DNA of 64,000 bases from IMG/VR virus record IMGVR_UViG_3300032562_000011; one strand, written 5' to 3'. Of the stretch, positions 23,688 to 33,456 are shown one piece after another (within the stretch, counting starts at the first letter, position 1; each line of letters starts with the position of its first letter). The notes beneath the pieces were generated by a model. That model worked only from the letters and a program-made list of their open reading frames with translations. It searched no databases and was not told where the DNA came from. A program made the translations under genes and the position numbers. This DNA is from an uncultured virus (IMG/VR IMGVR_UViG_3300032562_000011) (taxonomy: Duplodnaviria > Heunggongvirae > Uroviricota > Caudoviricetes).

Positions 23688-26033
23688 ATGGAACACTTAA
23701 TAGACGAAGAAGACGAAGAGTTTGACCCCGAGATTGAGGGCGAACCCGCTCCTGAAGAACAGGAGGATGAGCTTGACGAGCTTTCTAAAGAGTTTGTAAA
23801 GAAGCTCATTGACCGTTGCATCCAATTTATGGATGCCCTTGTAGGCGTAGACGACGGTGAAGAACACGCTCTTCGCCCCTACCAACTACCTCTTGCCCGA
23901 CGCATCATTGAGTCTGTAATCATCAATGACGGTGAGGAAATCACAGCTCTGGCCGCTCGTCAGTCAGGCAAATCAGAAACTATTGCTAATACAGTAGCTA
24001 CTCTAATGGTACTTCTACCTCGCTTAGCAAAGATGTACCCAGACCTGCTAGGCAAGTATAAACATGGCCTTTGGGTAGGTATGTTTGCTCCAGTTGAGAC
24101 TCAGGCTGAAACTCTATTTGGGCGCACGGTTAACCGCCTAACTTCTGAGCGCGCCTTGGAGATTCTGGGTGACCCAGAGATTGACGATAGCTTGGGTAAG
24201 GTTCCTGGGGTAAAGCGTCAAATCAAATTGAAGAACTCTGGCTCTCGTATTGTAATGATGACTGCGAACCCACGAGCTAAAATTGAATCAGAATCGTTCC
24301 ATCTGGTAGTTATTGATGAGTGCCAAGAAGCTGATGATTTTATCGTTTCTAAATCTATTTCCCCTATGTTGGCTGCATATAACGGAACTATGATTAAAAC
24401 AGGTACTCCAACCACCCATAAGAACAACTTCTACAAGTCCATACAGTTTAATAAGCGTAGGCAGACCGCGCGTAACCGCCAGAACCACTTTCAATGGGAT
24501 TACAAAGATGTAGCCAAGGTTAGCCCTAACTATGGCAAGTACATCAAGAAAGAGATGCTTCGCATTGGCGAGGACTCTGATGAATTCCAGATGAGTTACA
24601 ACTGCCTTACTCCAGACACCAAGGTACTTACTGGAGACTTGCGCTATGTAGAAATAGGCTCAGTACAGGTAGGGGATATTTTAGTAGGCTTTGACGAGGA
24701 AACTCAAACAAAGGGCGCACATCGTAAGATACGTGAAACTACTGTAATTAAAGCGGAACGCATCTTTCGTCCTACCTATGAGATTGCGTTATCTGATGGC
24801 ACTGTGGTTAAGGCTTCTGACGGTCATTTATGGCTAGTATCAACCGCAGGTCGTCGCACCGTATGGAAGCGCACGGACGAGCTAACTTCCACCGACCGTA
24901 TATTTAAAATCTTTGATACGTGGAAGCACATTGAGGACTATCGCACAGGTTACCTATCCGCAGCCTTTGACGGAGAAGGTCACTTCTCTCGGCAAGCAAT
25001 GCTTGGGTTCTCTCAACGTGAAAACGTGATGCTTGGTAAAGTGCGAAAGTTCCTAGACGAATTAGGCTTTAAGTACTGGGAACGCCATGAGACTGGGACC
25101 AACAATGATGTGACGGTCCTTCATATTGCTGGTGGTCGAGCAGGGATGTCTCGTTTCTTAGGGCAAATTCGTCCTGAGCGTTTACTTCAAAAAGTGGACC
25201 TTAATTCATTTGGCTCTATTGGTCGCCATGATTTTGTGGGGCAGGACTTTGAGCACCCGCTAGTGCTATCGGTGACTTCTGTTGGAGAACAAGAAGTCGT
25301 TGCGCTTGAGACTACAACTCAAACTTTTATTGCAGAAGGCCTCGCGTCGCATAACTGTAAATGGCTTCTTGAACGAGGCATGTTCGTCACCTCATCCGTC
25401 ATGGATAAGCTTGGTGACACCTCTATGGAGATTCAGCGCGCTTGGCATAGAACCCCAGTAGTTGTGGGGATTGACCCAGCTCGTAAGATTGACTCTACTG
25501 TTGTTACCGTAGTGTGGGTCAACTGGGATACTCCAGATGAATTTGGGTACTACGACCACCGCGTACTTAACTGGCTTGAGCTACAGGGTGACGACTGGGA
25601 AGACCAGTACTTCCAGATTGTTAAATTCTTAGAGGCCTACGACGTTATGTACGTGGGTGTAGACGCCAACGGTGTGGGTGATGCTGTTGCCCAACGCTTA
25701 AAGCTTTTGTTACCCCGAGCTGAGGTATTTGCTGTGGGCAGTAGCCAACCAGAGCAGTCAAAGCGTTGGAAGCACCTAAAAGCTCTCATTGACAGAGAGT
25801 TGATTGGGTGGCCTGCACACGCTAAAACTCGCAGATTGCGCACATGGAAGCGCTTTTACCAGCAGATGACTGACCTAGAAACTAAGTTTACTGGGCCTAA
25901 CTTCTTGGCAAAAGCCCCTGATGAGGCGCATGCCCATGACGACTACGCGGATAGCCTAGCTATCGCCTGCGCTTTAACTTTAGATATGACACTGCCTCAA
26001 GTAGAGGTCTCTAGTTCACCATTCTTTAGATAG
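23688..26033 (+). CDS. terL: terminase large subunit containing an intein
   Basis: LRPYQ; ARQSGKS Walker A; VVIDECQ Walker B; GTPT; VGIDPA nuclease motif; HDDYADS. Confidence 0.95.
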   Translation: MEHLIDEEDEEFDPEIEGEPAPEEQEDELDELSKEFVKKLIDRCIQFMDALVGVDDGEEHALRPYQLPLARRIIESVIINDGEEITALAARQSGKSETIANTVATLMVLLPRLAKMYPDLLGKYKHGLWVGMFAPVETQAETLFGRTVNRLTSERALEILGDPEIDDSLGKVPGVKRQIKLKNSGSRIVMMTANPRAKIESESFHLVVIDECQEADDFIVSKSISPMLAAYNGTMIKTGTPTTHKNNFYKSIQFNKRRQTARNRQNHFQWDYKDVAKVSPNYGKYIKKEMLRIGEDSDEFQMSYNCLTPDTKVLTGDLRYVEIGSVQVGDILVGFDEETQTKGAHRKIRETTVIKAERIFRPTYEIALSDGTVVKASDGHLWLVSTAGRRTVWKRTDELTSTDRIFKIFDTWKHIEDYRTGYLSAAFDGEGHFSRQAMLGFSQRENVMLGKVRKFLDELGFKYWERHETGTNNDVTVLHIAGGRAGMSRFLGQIRPERLLQKVDLNSFGSIGRHDFVGQDFEHPLVLSVTSVGEQEVVALETTTQTFIAEGLASHNCKWLLERGMFVTSSVMDKLGDTSMEIQRAWHRTPVVVGIDPARKIDSTVVTVVWVNWDTPDEFGYYDHRVLNWLELQGDDWEDQYFQIVKFLEAYDVMYVGVDANGVGDAVAQRLKLLLPRAEVFAVGSSQPEQSKRWKHLKALIDRELIGWPAHAKTRRLRTWKRFYQQMTDLETKFTGPNFLAKAPDEAHAHDDYADSLAIACALTLDMTLPQVEVSSSPFFR
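24603..25355 (+). mobile_element. intein (251 aa) with LAGLIDADG-type motif in TerL
   Basis: N|CLTPDTKVL...ASDGHLW...GYLSAAFDGEG...LASHN|C. Confidence 0.92.
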
Positions 26034-26046
26034 TTATATCTTTAGG

Positions 26047-26075
26047 CTGACTTACACGTAAATATGTAGCACACT
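26047..26075 (+). promoter_or_regulatory. putative late promoter
   Basis: CTGAC-N18-CACACT. Confidence 0.5.
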
Positions 26076-26112
26076 TTTCTATGAGGTACCTCAACCTATA
26101 AGGAGTTTAATA

Positions 26113-26511
26113 ATGGCAATAGCACCAGAACCAAAGTTCCCAGAGCGTCCAGGAACAGTTTACGACCGCAAGTTCTCACCAGCTACACCTGGTCAACGCG
26201 GACCACTTCGTTTTGAAGAGGGAATTGCAACAGACACTGACGTCCCACAGGACTTCACAAAGGGCGCAATGTCGGGTTATATCCCAGCACCAGGCCGTCC
26301 AAACCACAATGCAAACGTTTTCGAGAAGCTTCCAGAAGAGACAATGCGTGAGCGCGCTCACGTTGGTTCTGCTGCATGGGTAGAAGCTCCAGACTACCTA
26401 GCTGAGTTCGCTGCTGGCGGTTTCGCTGACCACGGCGATAACCGTATCGAGGAAGTTGCTCGTAACGGCGGTTACCAAAAGGCTGGCAATCCAGCAGTCG
26501 TTAACGACTAA
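26113..26511 (+). CDS. head-region protein
   Basis: strong SD, own promoter and terminator. Confidence 0.75.
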   Translation: MAIAPEPKFPERPGTVYDRKFSPATPGQRGPLRFEEGIATDTDVPQDFTKGAMSGYIPAPGRPNHNANVFEKLPEETMRERAHVGSAAWVEAPDYLAEFAAGGFADHGDNRIEEVARNGGYQKAGNPAVVND

Positions 26512-26526
26512 GTTAGAAAAATAGCT

Positions 26527-26558
26527 CCCCGCCGTCCTCAGGGATTGGCGGGGGTTTT
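26527..26558 (+). terminator. intrinsic terminator
   Basis: CCCCGCC...GGCGGGG-TTTT. Confidence 0.8.
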
Positions 26559-26568
26559 CTAAGGATTA

Positions 26569-26880
26569 TTGATGGCACTTATTTCAGGTAAGTCAGTTAA
26601 GCAGGGGCCTAAGGGCGAACCCGCTAACCCAAAGCTATGGAACATGATTACAGCTCAAGCTCGTTCTAAGTTCAGCACTTACCCGTCTCCAGCCGCAGCT
26701 CACTGGGTTCACGCCAGATATGAGCAGCTTGGTGGAAAGTTCGTACCATCTAAGAAAGACATTGACCCACGTTTTAGAGATTACGCGCACGAAGAGCAAG
26801 AGAAAAAAGAAGAAACTGCTAAGAAAAAGGTTACTAAGCCAATCGGCAAAAACCTTATTCGCGGTGAGCATTTCAGATAA
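26569..26880 (+). CDS. basic hypothetical protein
   Basis: NPKLW..A..KF..YPS...WV...Y...GG.F motif. Confidence 0.7.
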   Translation: MMALISGKSVKQGPKGEPANPKLWNMITAQARSKFSTYPSPAAAHWVHARYEQLGGKFVPSKKDIDPRFRDYAHEEQEKKEETAKKKVTKPIGKNLIRGEHFR

Positions 26881-26947
26881 ACCTTCTTTAAATCTATTTA
26901 GGTATTTTAATGGTAAGATTAGCTTTCTATTTGAAAGAGGTGATTAG

Positions 26948-29665
26948 GTGAGCGGTATGGATTTCTCCCCACCGAGTTACCGCGCAGCATCCTCTGATTT
27001 AACCATCTCCATTTCTCCACTAGGACTAGTGGAATTGGCAGATGAAGAGTTTGAAGTACACGGTCCCCGCCTTAACCGTTATTCCCTTAACTGGGCTATG
27101 TACCTAGGCCACCACTACTCTTATCGCCGTCAAACAGGCGAAACCCAAATGATGCTCAACTATTACAGAGCATTCTCAGACTTTCTAATTAACTTTACAT
27201 TCGGTAAGGGCGTTAACTTCCGTAGCCCTAAAGAGACCGAAGCTATTGTCCCAGACCTGCTTGAGCGCGTATGGGAAGTAGATAACAATAAGGCTACTGT
27301 TCTATGGGAAATCGGACAACAAGGAACTGTCTCAGGTGACTGCTTTATTAAAGTCGCTTACGAAGAGGCCTACGTAGACCCAGCTGGGCGTCAACACCCT
27401 GGACGAGTCCGCATCCTCCCTCTTAACTCTTCTTTCTGTTTCCCAGAGTTCCACCCCCATGACCGCGAACGTCTTGTGCGTTTTAAGCTCAAGTACCGCT
27501 TTTGGGGTTGTGTAGACACTGAAACAGAAGCTCTAACACGCTCTGGGTGGAAGAGATATGATGAATTAGTTGATGGGGATGAAATTCTTACTCTTGACCC
27601 TAATACTGATGAAATCCAGTGGAAATCTGCTCTAATAAATATCTATGATTATTCAGGGCATATGGTTCAATGGTCTAATCACATCAATGCTGTCTCTACC
27701 CCTAATCATAGGTGGTTAGTCGAAAAACAAGTAGGTAGGAATGACACCCTAGCTTATGAGAGACAAATCGCCCGTACAGAGATAGGAATAGATGGAGACC
27801 CAAGTATCTCGGACCTCCGAAATGGAAGTCGCATTATAGTAGGTGGTGGAACTCCACGGGCTTTTTCTACTACTAAAACGATAGAAGATGAAGTTGTAGA
27901 GACGTTAGCTTGGTACATATGTGAAGGAAATGACCATACAAACCAAAATGGATATCGTTCTGGGAGAATATCTCAAAGTTCTATAGTTTATCCAGAAAAG
28001 ACAGAGCGTATCCGTACTCTTGCTAAATGGTGGAGGGATACTAAAGGAGCCAGTTTCTCTGAGGGAGTTATTAAACCTCGCGGGGTTGTTGAATTTTATC
28101 TGGGTAAGGGTACTTTTGGAGTATTAGATACTTTGGCACCTAATAAAGAAATAACTCCAGAACTTATAACCAGTTTGACCGCAGAACAAGCATCTCTCTT
28201 TTATGAAACGCTATTAGATGCAGACGGTTGCAGAACCCATGGAGATAAGAAAACTACCCGATGGACTCAATTAGATGCTGGTCGTAAGGATTCTTTCCAA
28301 ATGCTGGCAGCTATGCTAGGTATTCGTTCTAATATCACATCAGATAATGAAAAAGTACAGGTTTATAGTAAGAGACACATCCTCTCTGACTATACGTCAG
28401 CTAGTGCCCAAAGGGTATATTTAGAGGATGGAAAGATTTGGTGTCCTACAGTAGATGGTGGTATTTGGTTTGCCCGTAGAGAGGGGTCTACATATTGGAC
28501 GGGTAATACATCACTAGAAGGCACACGTCAGGTGTTTACCTATACAGAAATCCTGACAGACGACGTAATTGAGGAATACATCAATGATGAGCTTATTGAC
28601 TCCCGCCCTAATCCGCTCGGCACTATTCCTGTTATTCATATTCCGAATGTTCGTATTAGTGGTAGCCCTTGGGGTCTCAGCGACTGCAACGACATTATTA
28701 ACATTAATCGCGCTTATAATGAAACTGCCACTGATATTGCTGACATTGTTAACTACCACGCAGCACCAGTTACGGTCATCATTGGCGCAAAGGCCTCACA
28801 ATTAGAAAAGGGCGCCAACAAAGTATGGGGCGGACTTCCAAAAGACGCTCGCGTTGAGAACCTTGAAGGCGGAGCACAAGGACTAAAGGGAGCCATGGAG
28901 TTCATGGCTATGATGAAGAAGTCCATGCACGAGATGATTGGTGTTCCAGAGACTGCTCTTGGACAAGCACAACCTATCTCTAACACCTCAGGCGTTGCAC
29001 TTTCTATTCAATTCCAGCCTTTGATGAACCGTTACCACCAGAAGATTATTCAGTACTCGCACGGACTAGAGCGTGTTAATGAGCTTATCCTCCTAAATCT
29101 TGCTCTAAAAGAACCTGAGACCTTTATTTGGGACCCTAACTCAAGCACTACTCCGTTAAAGCAAGGTCAACTTGCACAGTTAGACGTTAACGACCCCCTT
29201 ACTTTCCGTTCATATGTTCACTTCCCACAGCCACTCCCACTAGACAAGCTGATTGCTCTTAACGAAATTCAATCTAAGTTGTCCCTTGGTCTTGAGTCTA
29301 AAGAGGGAGCGCTTCGCTCTCTTGGTGAAGAGTTCCCAGCAGAGAAGCTCACTGAAATTCGTCAAGAACTTCAAGATGACGCCCTTGCTGATGGCGCACT
29401 TAAACTTATTCAAACACAGATTGAGCAGGACATCCTGGCTCTTACAGGCGCACAGCCTGGTGCCGCTGGTGCTCCATCTACCCCAATGGGTGGTCCTGGA
29501 GCTCCTGGTGGAGATGTACCAATGACTCCTACTGAACCTGTCGTACTAGACGAGGCCACTATCGCCGCACAAATGGGTGACCAAGGCGTACGCGCCCGCC
29601 TCGTAACTGATGCTTACGGAACCAAACTCCCACAGAGAAGGGTCCCGCAAGACTACGAAAAATAA
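26948..29665 (+). CDS. portal protein (SPP1 gp6-like) containing an intein
   Basis: position after TerL; NPLGTIPVIHIPN..PWGLSD; SGVAL; 333-aa insert. Confidence 0.9.
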   Translation: MSGMDFSPPSYRAASSDLTISISPLGLVELADEEFEVHGPRLNRYSLNWAMYLGHHYSYRRQTGETQMMLNYYRAFSDFLINFTFGKGVNFRSPKETEAIVPDLLERVWEVDNNKATVLWEIGQQGTVSGDCFIKVAYEEAYVDPAGRQHPGRVRILPLNSSFCFPEFHPHDRERLVRFKLKYRFWGCVDTETEALTRSGWKRYDELVDGDEILTLDPNTDEIQWKSALINIYDYSGHMVQWSNHINAVSTPNHRWLVEKQVGRNDTLAYERQIARTEIGIDGDPSISDLRNGSRIIVGGGTPRAFSTTKTIEDEVVETLAWYICEGNDHTNQNGYRSGRISQSSIVYPEKTERIRTLAKWWRDTKGASFSEGVIKPRGVVEFYLGKGTFGVLDTLAPNKEITPELITSLTAEQASLFYETLLDADGCRTHGDKKTTRWTQLDAGRKDSFQMLAAMLGIRSNITSDNEKVQVYSKRHILSDYTSASAQRVYLEDGKIWCPTVDGGIWFARREGSTYWTGNTSLEGTRQVFTYTEILTDDVIEEYINDELIDSRPNPLGTIPVIHIPNVRISGSPWGLSDCNDIININRAYNETATDIADIVNYHAAPVTVIIGAKASQLEKGANKVWGGLPKDARVENLEGGAQGLKGAMEFMAMMKKSMHEMIGVPETALGQAQPISNTSGVALSIQFQPLMNRYHQKIIQYSHGLERVNELILLNLALKEPETFIWDPNSSTTPLKQGQLAQLDVNDPLTFRSYVHFPQPLPLDKLIALNEIQSKLSLGLESKEGALRSLGEEFPAEKLTEIRQELQDDALADGALKLIQTQIEQDILALTGAQPGAAGAPSTPMGGPGAPGGDVPMTPTEPVVLDEATIAAQMGDQGVRARLVTDAYGTKLPQRRVPQDYEK
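27509..28507 (+). mobile_element. intein (333 aa) with LAGLIDADG endonuclease in portal
   Basis: G|CVDTETEALTRSGW...STPNHRW...LAWYICEG...LLDADG...TYWTGN|T. Confidence 0.92.
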
Positions 29666-29676
29666 TGCTATTTAAG

Positions 29677-29705
29677 CAGACAATTTCGCAGTATAAAGAG
29701 AAAAT
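29677..29705 (+). promoter_or_regulatory. putative late promoter
   Basis: CAGAC-N18-GAAAAT. Confidence 0.5.
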
Positions 29706-29790
29706 AAAGATACTAATAAACGTTAGGTCATATGTGCTACGAGCTTAGGCTCATTCGGAAAACGACCCCTAGGATGCAAAGGATATAAGT

Positions 29791-30588
29791 ATGTCAGATA
29801 CTGCAAATGCAATGGCTAATGCTTTTGAAGCAGAAGCTGGTACAGCTCCAGTTGTAAATGTGTCGGGCGTTGACGCGCCTACTGTTAACACTACTGCTAC
29901 GAATGCAGCTACTCCAAAGTTTTATACTGAGGAAGACTTAGCTCGTGTTCGTTCGCAAGAGAAGGACAAGCTTTACCCAGAAATCGAAAGATTGAAGGAA
30001 CAAGTTAGCTCTCTTGCTAAGGAGAAGGAAGAAAAAGCCGCTCGTAAGGCAGCTCAAGCAGCAGAAGAAGCTGCAGAAGCTGAGGCTCAACAAAAGGCTA
30101 AATTGGAAAGTGACTTGGACGCCAAGGAACTTCTAAAGCTTAAAGAGCAAGAGTGGCAAGAGCAGTTGGCACGTGAGCGTTCGGAACGCGAAACGGCCTT
30201 CGCTCTTCTGGAGCGTGAACGAGAGTTCGCAAACTTGCAGAATTATAAGCAACAACTGCTTGACGCTGAAGGCGACAATGTTATGCCACAGCTTCTCAAG
30301 TATCTTCAGGGTAATACCCGTGAAGAGCTTGAAGCTAGCTTGGCAGATTTGAAGGCTCAGTCTGAAAGCATTTTGACAGATGCGCAAGCTGCTATCCAGC
30401 AGCAGCGTAAAGAGCAAGTTGGAACAAGGGCGACCTTGCCTCCTAACGGACCTCTCGAAACCAATATGGAGCAACGTCAGTTAACGCCGCAAGAAATTGC
30501 AGCAATGCCGCTAAACGAATACGCAAAGTACCGCGACAAGCTTCTAAGCCCTGCCGCTCGGAATCAATCCCGTGGTTTGTTCGGCTAA
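29791..30588 (+). CDS. capsid scaffolding protein
   Basis: charged coiled coil between portal and MCP; IAAM...EY.KYR C-terminus. Confidence 0.85.
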   Translation: MSDTANAMANAFEAEAGTAPVVNVSGVDAPTVNTTATNAATPKFYTEEDLARVRSQEKDKLYPEIERLKEQVSSLAKEKEEKAARKAAQAAEEAAEAEAQQKAKLESDLDAKELLKLKEQEWQEQLARERSERETAFALLEREREFANLQNYKQQLLDAEGDNVMPQLLKYLQGNTREELEASLADLKAQSESILTDAQAAIQQQRKEQVGTRATLPPNGPLETNMEQRQLTPQEIAAMPLNEYAKYRDKLLSPAARNQSRGLFG

Positions 30589-30626
30589 CCCACAACCTCA
30601 AAACTATTAACAAGGAGTCATAGCTA

Positions 30627-31697
30627 ATGGCATCAGGAATTACAGGTACAGGTAACCTTGCCGCGTCACCTACAGCCTATTCAGGCACAAACACCCAGCT
30701 CACCCAAGCGATTCAGACAATCTGGTCCAAGGAAATCTTGTTCCAAGCAATGCCTATTCTTCGCTTTGAGCAATTCGCAGTTAAGAAGACAGAACTCGGC
30801 GTAGCCCCTGGTCTTCAGATTAACTTCATGCGTTACAACAACCTCGGCTTTGCTTCACCGCTCGTCGAAGGTGTTCGTATGCAGACAAACGCACTTACAG
30901 CTCAACAGTTCTCAATCACAGTAACAGAGCATGGTTATGCTCTTGCTGTTTCTGAGCTTCTCTTGAACGCATCATTCGATGACGTTATGGCTTCAGCCTC
31001 ACGTCTTCTTGGCCGTAACATGGCTATCTATCTTGACCAACTCTCACGCGACACTCTCTACCAAGCATCTTCAACCATTTATGGTGAAGACCGTTCAGCG
31101 CTCACCGCTGTTAACAACTGGTACGCAGATGGAACAAAGGGTACATCTCGTGCGTCACTGACAGGTACTTACTACATGACTCCTCACACCGTCAAGGACG
31201 CTGTTGAGAGCCTAGCAACCAAGAACATCCCTCGCCTCGGTGAGACCTATGTATGTTTCGTTCACCCACACCAAAGCCGCAAGCTTCGTGACATGCCTGA
31301 ATTCATTGAAGTCACAAAGTACGCTGCTCCAGGAAACTTCATGCTCGGTGAAATCGGCCGTTTGTATGACTGCGTATTCATTGAGACCACTCAGGTTCTC
31401 AAGGTCGCTGGTGGAGCTGGTACTTCTTACACTGCTGATACAGCTGTAGCTAACCCAACCATCACCCCTGGTGGAGGTTACACAACTCCAGCTACCCTCA
31501 CAGGTAACGGAGCTAACGACCGCTACTCAGCTATCTTCATTGGAGATAACGCTTTCGGTCACGCTATCTCACTCCCAGTCGAGCTCCGCGATGGCGGTAT
31601 CTTGGACTTCGGTCGTGAGCACGCACTTGCTTGGTACTCAATCTTCGGTCTTGGTCTTATCACTGACCAAAGCGTCATCATAGCCGAAACCAATTAG
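30627..31697 (+). CDS. major capsid protein (N4-gp56-like, HK97 fold)
   Basis: IWSKEIL; G..INF.RY; YVCFVHPHQ..LR; GEIG. Confidence 0.92.
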   Translation: MASGITGTGNLAASPTAYSGTNTQLTQAIQTIWSKEILFQAMPILRFEQFAVKKTELGVAPGLQINFMRYNNLGFASPLVEGVRMQTNALTAQQFSITVTEHGYALAVSELLLNASFDDVMASASRLLGRNMAIYLDQLSRDTLYQASSTIYGEDRSALTAVNNWYADGTKGTSRASLTGTYYMTPHTVKDAVESLATKNIPRLGETYVCFVHPHQSRKLRDMPEFIEVTKYAAPGNFMLGEIGRLYDCVFIETTQVLKVAGGAGTSYTADTAVANPTITPGGGYTTPATLTGNGANDRYSAIFIGDNAFGHAISLPVELRDGGILDFGREHALAWYSIFGLGLITDQSVIIAETN

Positions 31698-31756
31698 CCT
31701 AAACAGTGGTGAGATTATCCTAGTAGGCAAATGACCTACTAGGAGGTCTTATTATT

Positions 31757-31839
31757 ATGGCAGTACAGCATGTTAAAAGTGAGTGCCCGAAAGGACCTTA
31801 AAGGCCGCGGTAAAGTACTTACAGTCAGAAACCAACTAA
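31757..31839 (+). pseudogene. deleted homing-endonuclease remnant
   Basis: AGGAGG SD in hairpin; MAVQHVKSECPKG fused out of frame to LKAAVKYLQSETN*, which duplicates the MCP end ETN*. Confidence 0.65.
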
Positions 31840-31856
31840 TACAACTAAATAGCTAA

Positions 31857-31885
31857 AAGGGCGGGGGCGTTGAACCCCCCGCCTT
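31857..31885 (+). terminator. terminator-like hairpin
   Basis: GGCGGGGG...CCCCCGCC. Confidence 0.65.
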
Positions 31886-31917
31886 ATCCAACCGAGATAC
31901 TAATTAGGAGAATACAA

Positions 31918-32283
31918 ATGGCTAAAGCAAAGCCCACCGATGTAACGGGTCGTATGCGCGAAGAGCTAGCTGCTAAGAACATTGAAGCTACTCAAGAGGC
32001 AGCGAACAAGATGTCTATGGCAACAGCTCAAGCAAAGATTGACCTTGAGACCAATGTTATTGACGCAACAGTTCCAGAGCGTCAAACCGTGATTGTAGAT
32101 GAAGTAATCACAGTCGCTAATCCAGATGAGGATTACGTTGAAATCCGCGTTGTTGAGGATGTTGAAAACATGACCTTAGGCGCAGGAAACACATACAGCT
32201 TTAAGGCAGGACAGCGTTACAAGGTAACCCGTCATGTTGCACAGCACCTGAAGGAAAAAGGTCGTCTAGCTGGAGTTATTTAA
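31918..32283 (+). CDS. head-associated protein
   Basis: AGGAG SD before ATG 31918. Confidence 0.75.
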   Translation: MAKAKPTDVTGRMREELAAKNIEATQEAANKMSMATAQAKIDLETNVIDATVPERQTVIVDEVITVANPDEDYVEIRVVEDVENMTLGAGNTYSFKAGQRYKVTRHVAQHLKEKGRLAGVI

Positions 32284-32295
32284 TAGATAACTAAA

Positions 32296-32330
32296 GAAGT
32301 GGGCGCCTCTTCGGGGGCGCTTCTTCGTTT
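32296..32330 (+). terminator. intrinsic terminator
   Basis: GCGCCTC-ttcg-GGGGCGC. Confidence 0.75.
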
Positions 32331-32333
32331 GTA

Positions 32334-32362
32334 CAGACTTTTATTAAAAAATCCGACACCAT
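32334..32362 (+). promoter_or_regulatory. putative late promoter
   Basis: CAGAC-N18-CACCAT. Confidence 0.5.
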
Positions 32363-32391
32363 TGGATATGTTGATGTGAGGAGTTTTCTTA

Positions 32392-33456
32392 GTGGCCACA
32401 GTAGTTGACCTAATCTCAAGAGTAAGACTTGAGCTTGGAGACCAAGCTTCACAGTTTTCTTACTCAGCGACGGGTGATGACTCTACAACCACCTTCAGCT
32501 TAGGCTATAAGCCTGTTGACCCCACTACTCTATTAGTAACTGTAGCCAACACAAACATACCTACCCCTGCTGGGTACACCCTTGAGCAGGATACTGGAGT
32601 AATCCATTTTGTTACACCCCCAGCCGCATCCGATTCTATAGTGGTCAGTGGCATTCATTATCGTTATTTTACGGATGATGACATCACTATCTTTCTTAAT
32701 ACAGCCATTGTTGAGCATACTTTTAACCGCACAGACGTCTACGGCTCTCAGATAACCGTAGCCACCATCCCTTCTGTAGAGGAGTACCCAATCGCGGTAC
32801 TTGCTATCGTGGATGCCCTTTGGGCTTTGGCAACCGACGCGGCGTTTGATATTAACATTACCGCCCCAGACGGCGTAGTTATCCCACGCTCACAACGGTT
32901 CTCTCAGCTCAGCATGCACATTGAAAAGCGCATGGAGAACTACAAGATGCTCTGCGCCCAGCTTAACGTGGGTCTTTATCGTATTGAAATGGGTACGCTT
33001 ATCCGCACCTCGCGTACAACTAACAAGTACATCCCTATCTACATGGGTCAAGAAGTTGATGACTCTCGCCAGCCAGAGCGCGTTTACATCAATAACAACC
33101 TCATGGGCCGCAATGCTCCCATTGCGTACTGCAACGTACAAGACATTGTTCTATATCAAGGTGACTCATTCTATACAGAAATAGATTTCCCATTTGATAT
33201 TACTGGACTCAACTTTAAAGCTCAGATTCGCACCTACCCTAACTCGCCATCTCTGTATGGAACCTTCACGATTACTGTACTCTCCACCAGCTCATCTGTC
33301 AGTACGATTAGCCTTACCCTTACCAATTCAGACACTGCGTACATGCCTGTCCGTGCTTTCTGGGACCTGCAAGCGACATCAGCCACAGACTCAACTTACG
33401 AGCAAACTTACGTGCGTGGACAAGTATTTACTATCCAGCAGGTGACCCTTGACTAG
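32392..33456 (+). CDS. head-tail adaptor/neck protein with fibre-anchoring C-terminal domain
   Basis: LISRVRLELGD; YFTDDDI; QGD..F..DITG..FKAQIR..WDLQ. Confidence 0.7.
   Translation: MATVVDLISRVRLELGDQASQFSYSATGDDSTTTFSLGYKPVDPTTLLVTVANTNIPTPAGYTLEQDTGVIHFVTPPAASDSIVVSGIHYRYFTDDDITIFLNTAIVEHTFNRTDVYGSQITVATIPSVEEYPIAVLAIVDALWALATDAAFDINITAPDGVVIPRSQRFSQLSMHIEKRMENYKMLCAQLNVGLYRIEMGTLIRTSRTTNKYIPIYMGQEVDDSRQPERVYINNNLMGRNAPIAYCNVQDIVLYQGDSFYTEIDFPFDITGLNFKAQIRTYPNSPSLYGTFTITVLSTSSSVSTISLTLTNSDTAYMPVRAFWDLQATSATDSTYEQTYVRGQVFTIQQVTLD

Noticed and set aside
31698..31839. group I intron after the MCP
   Set aside because: Too short and no recognisable catalytic core; better explained as an endonuclease remnant.
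31870..31917. TTG-start extension of the 31918 gene
   Set aside because: Begins inside a hairpin; the SD lies before ATG 31918.
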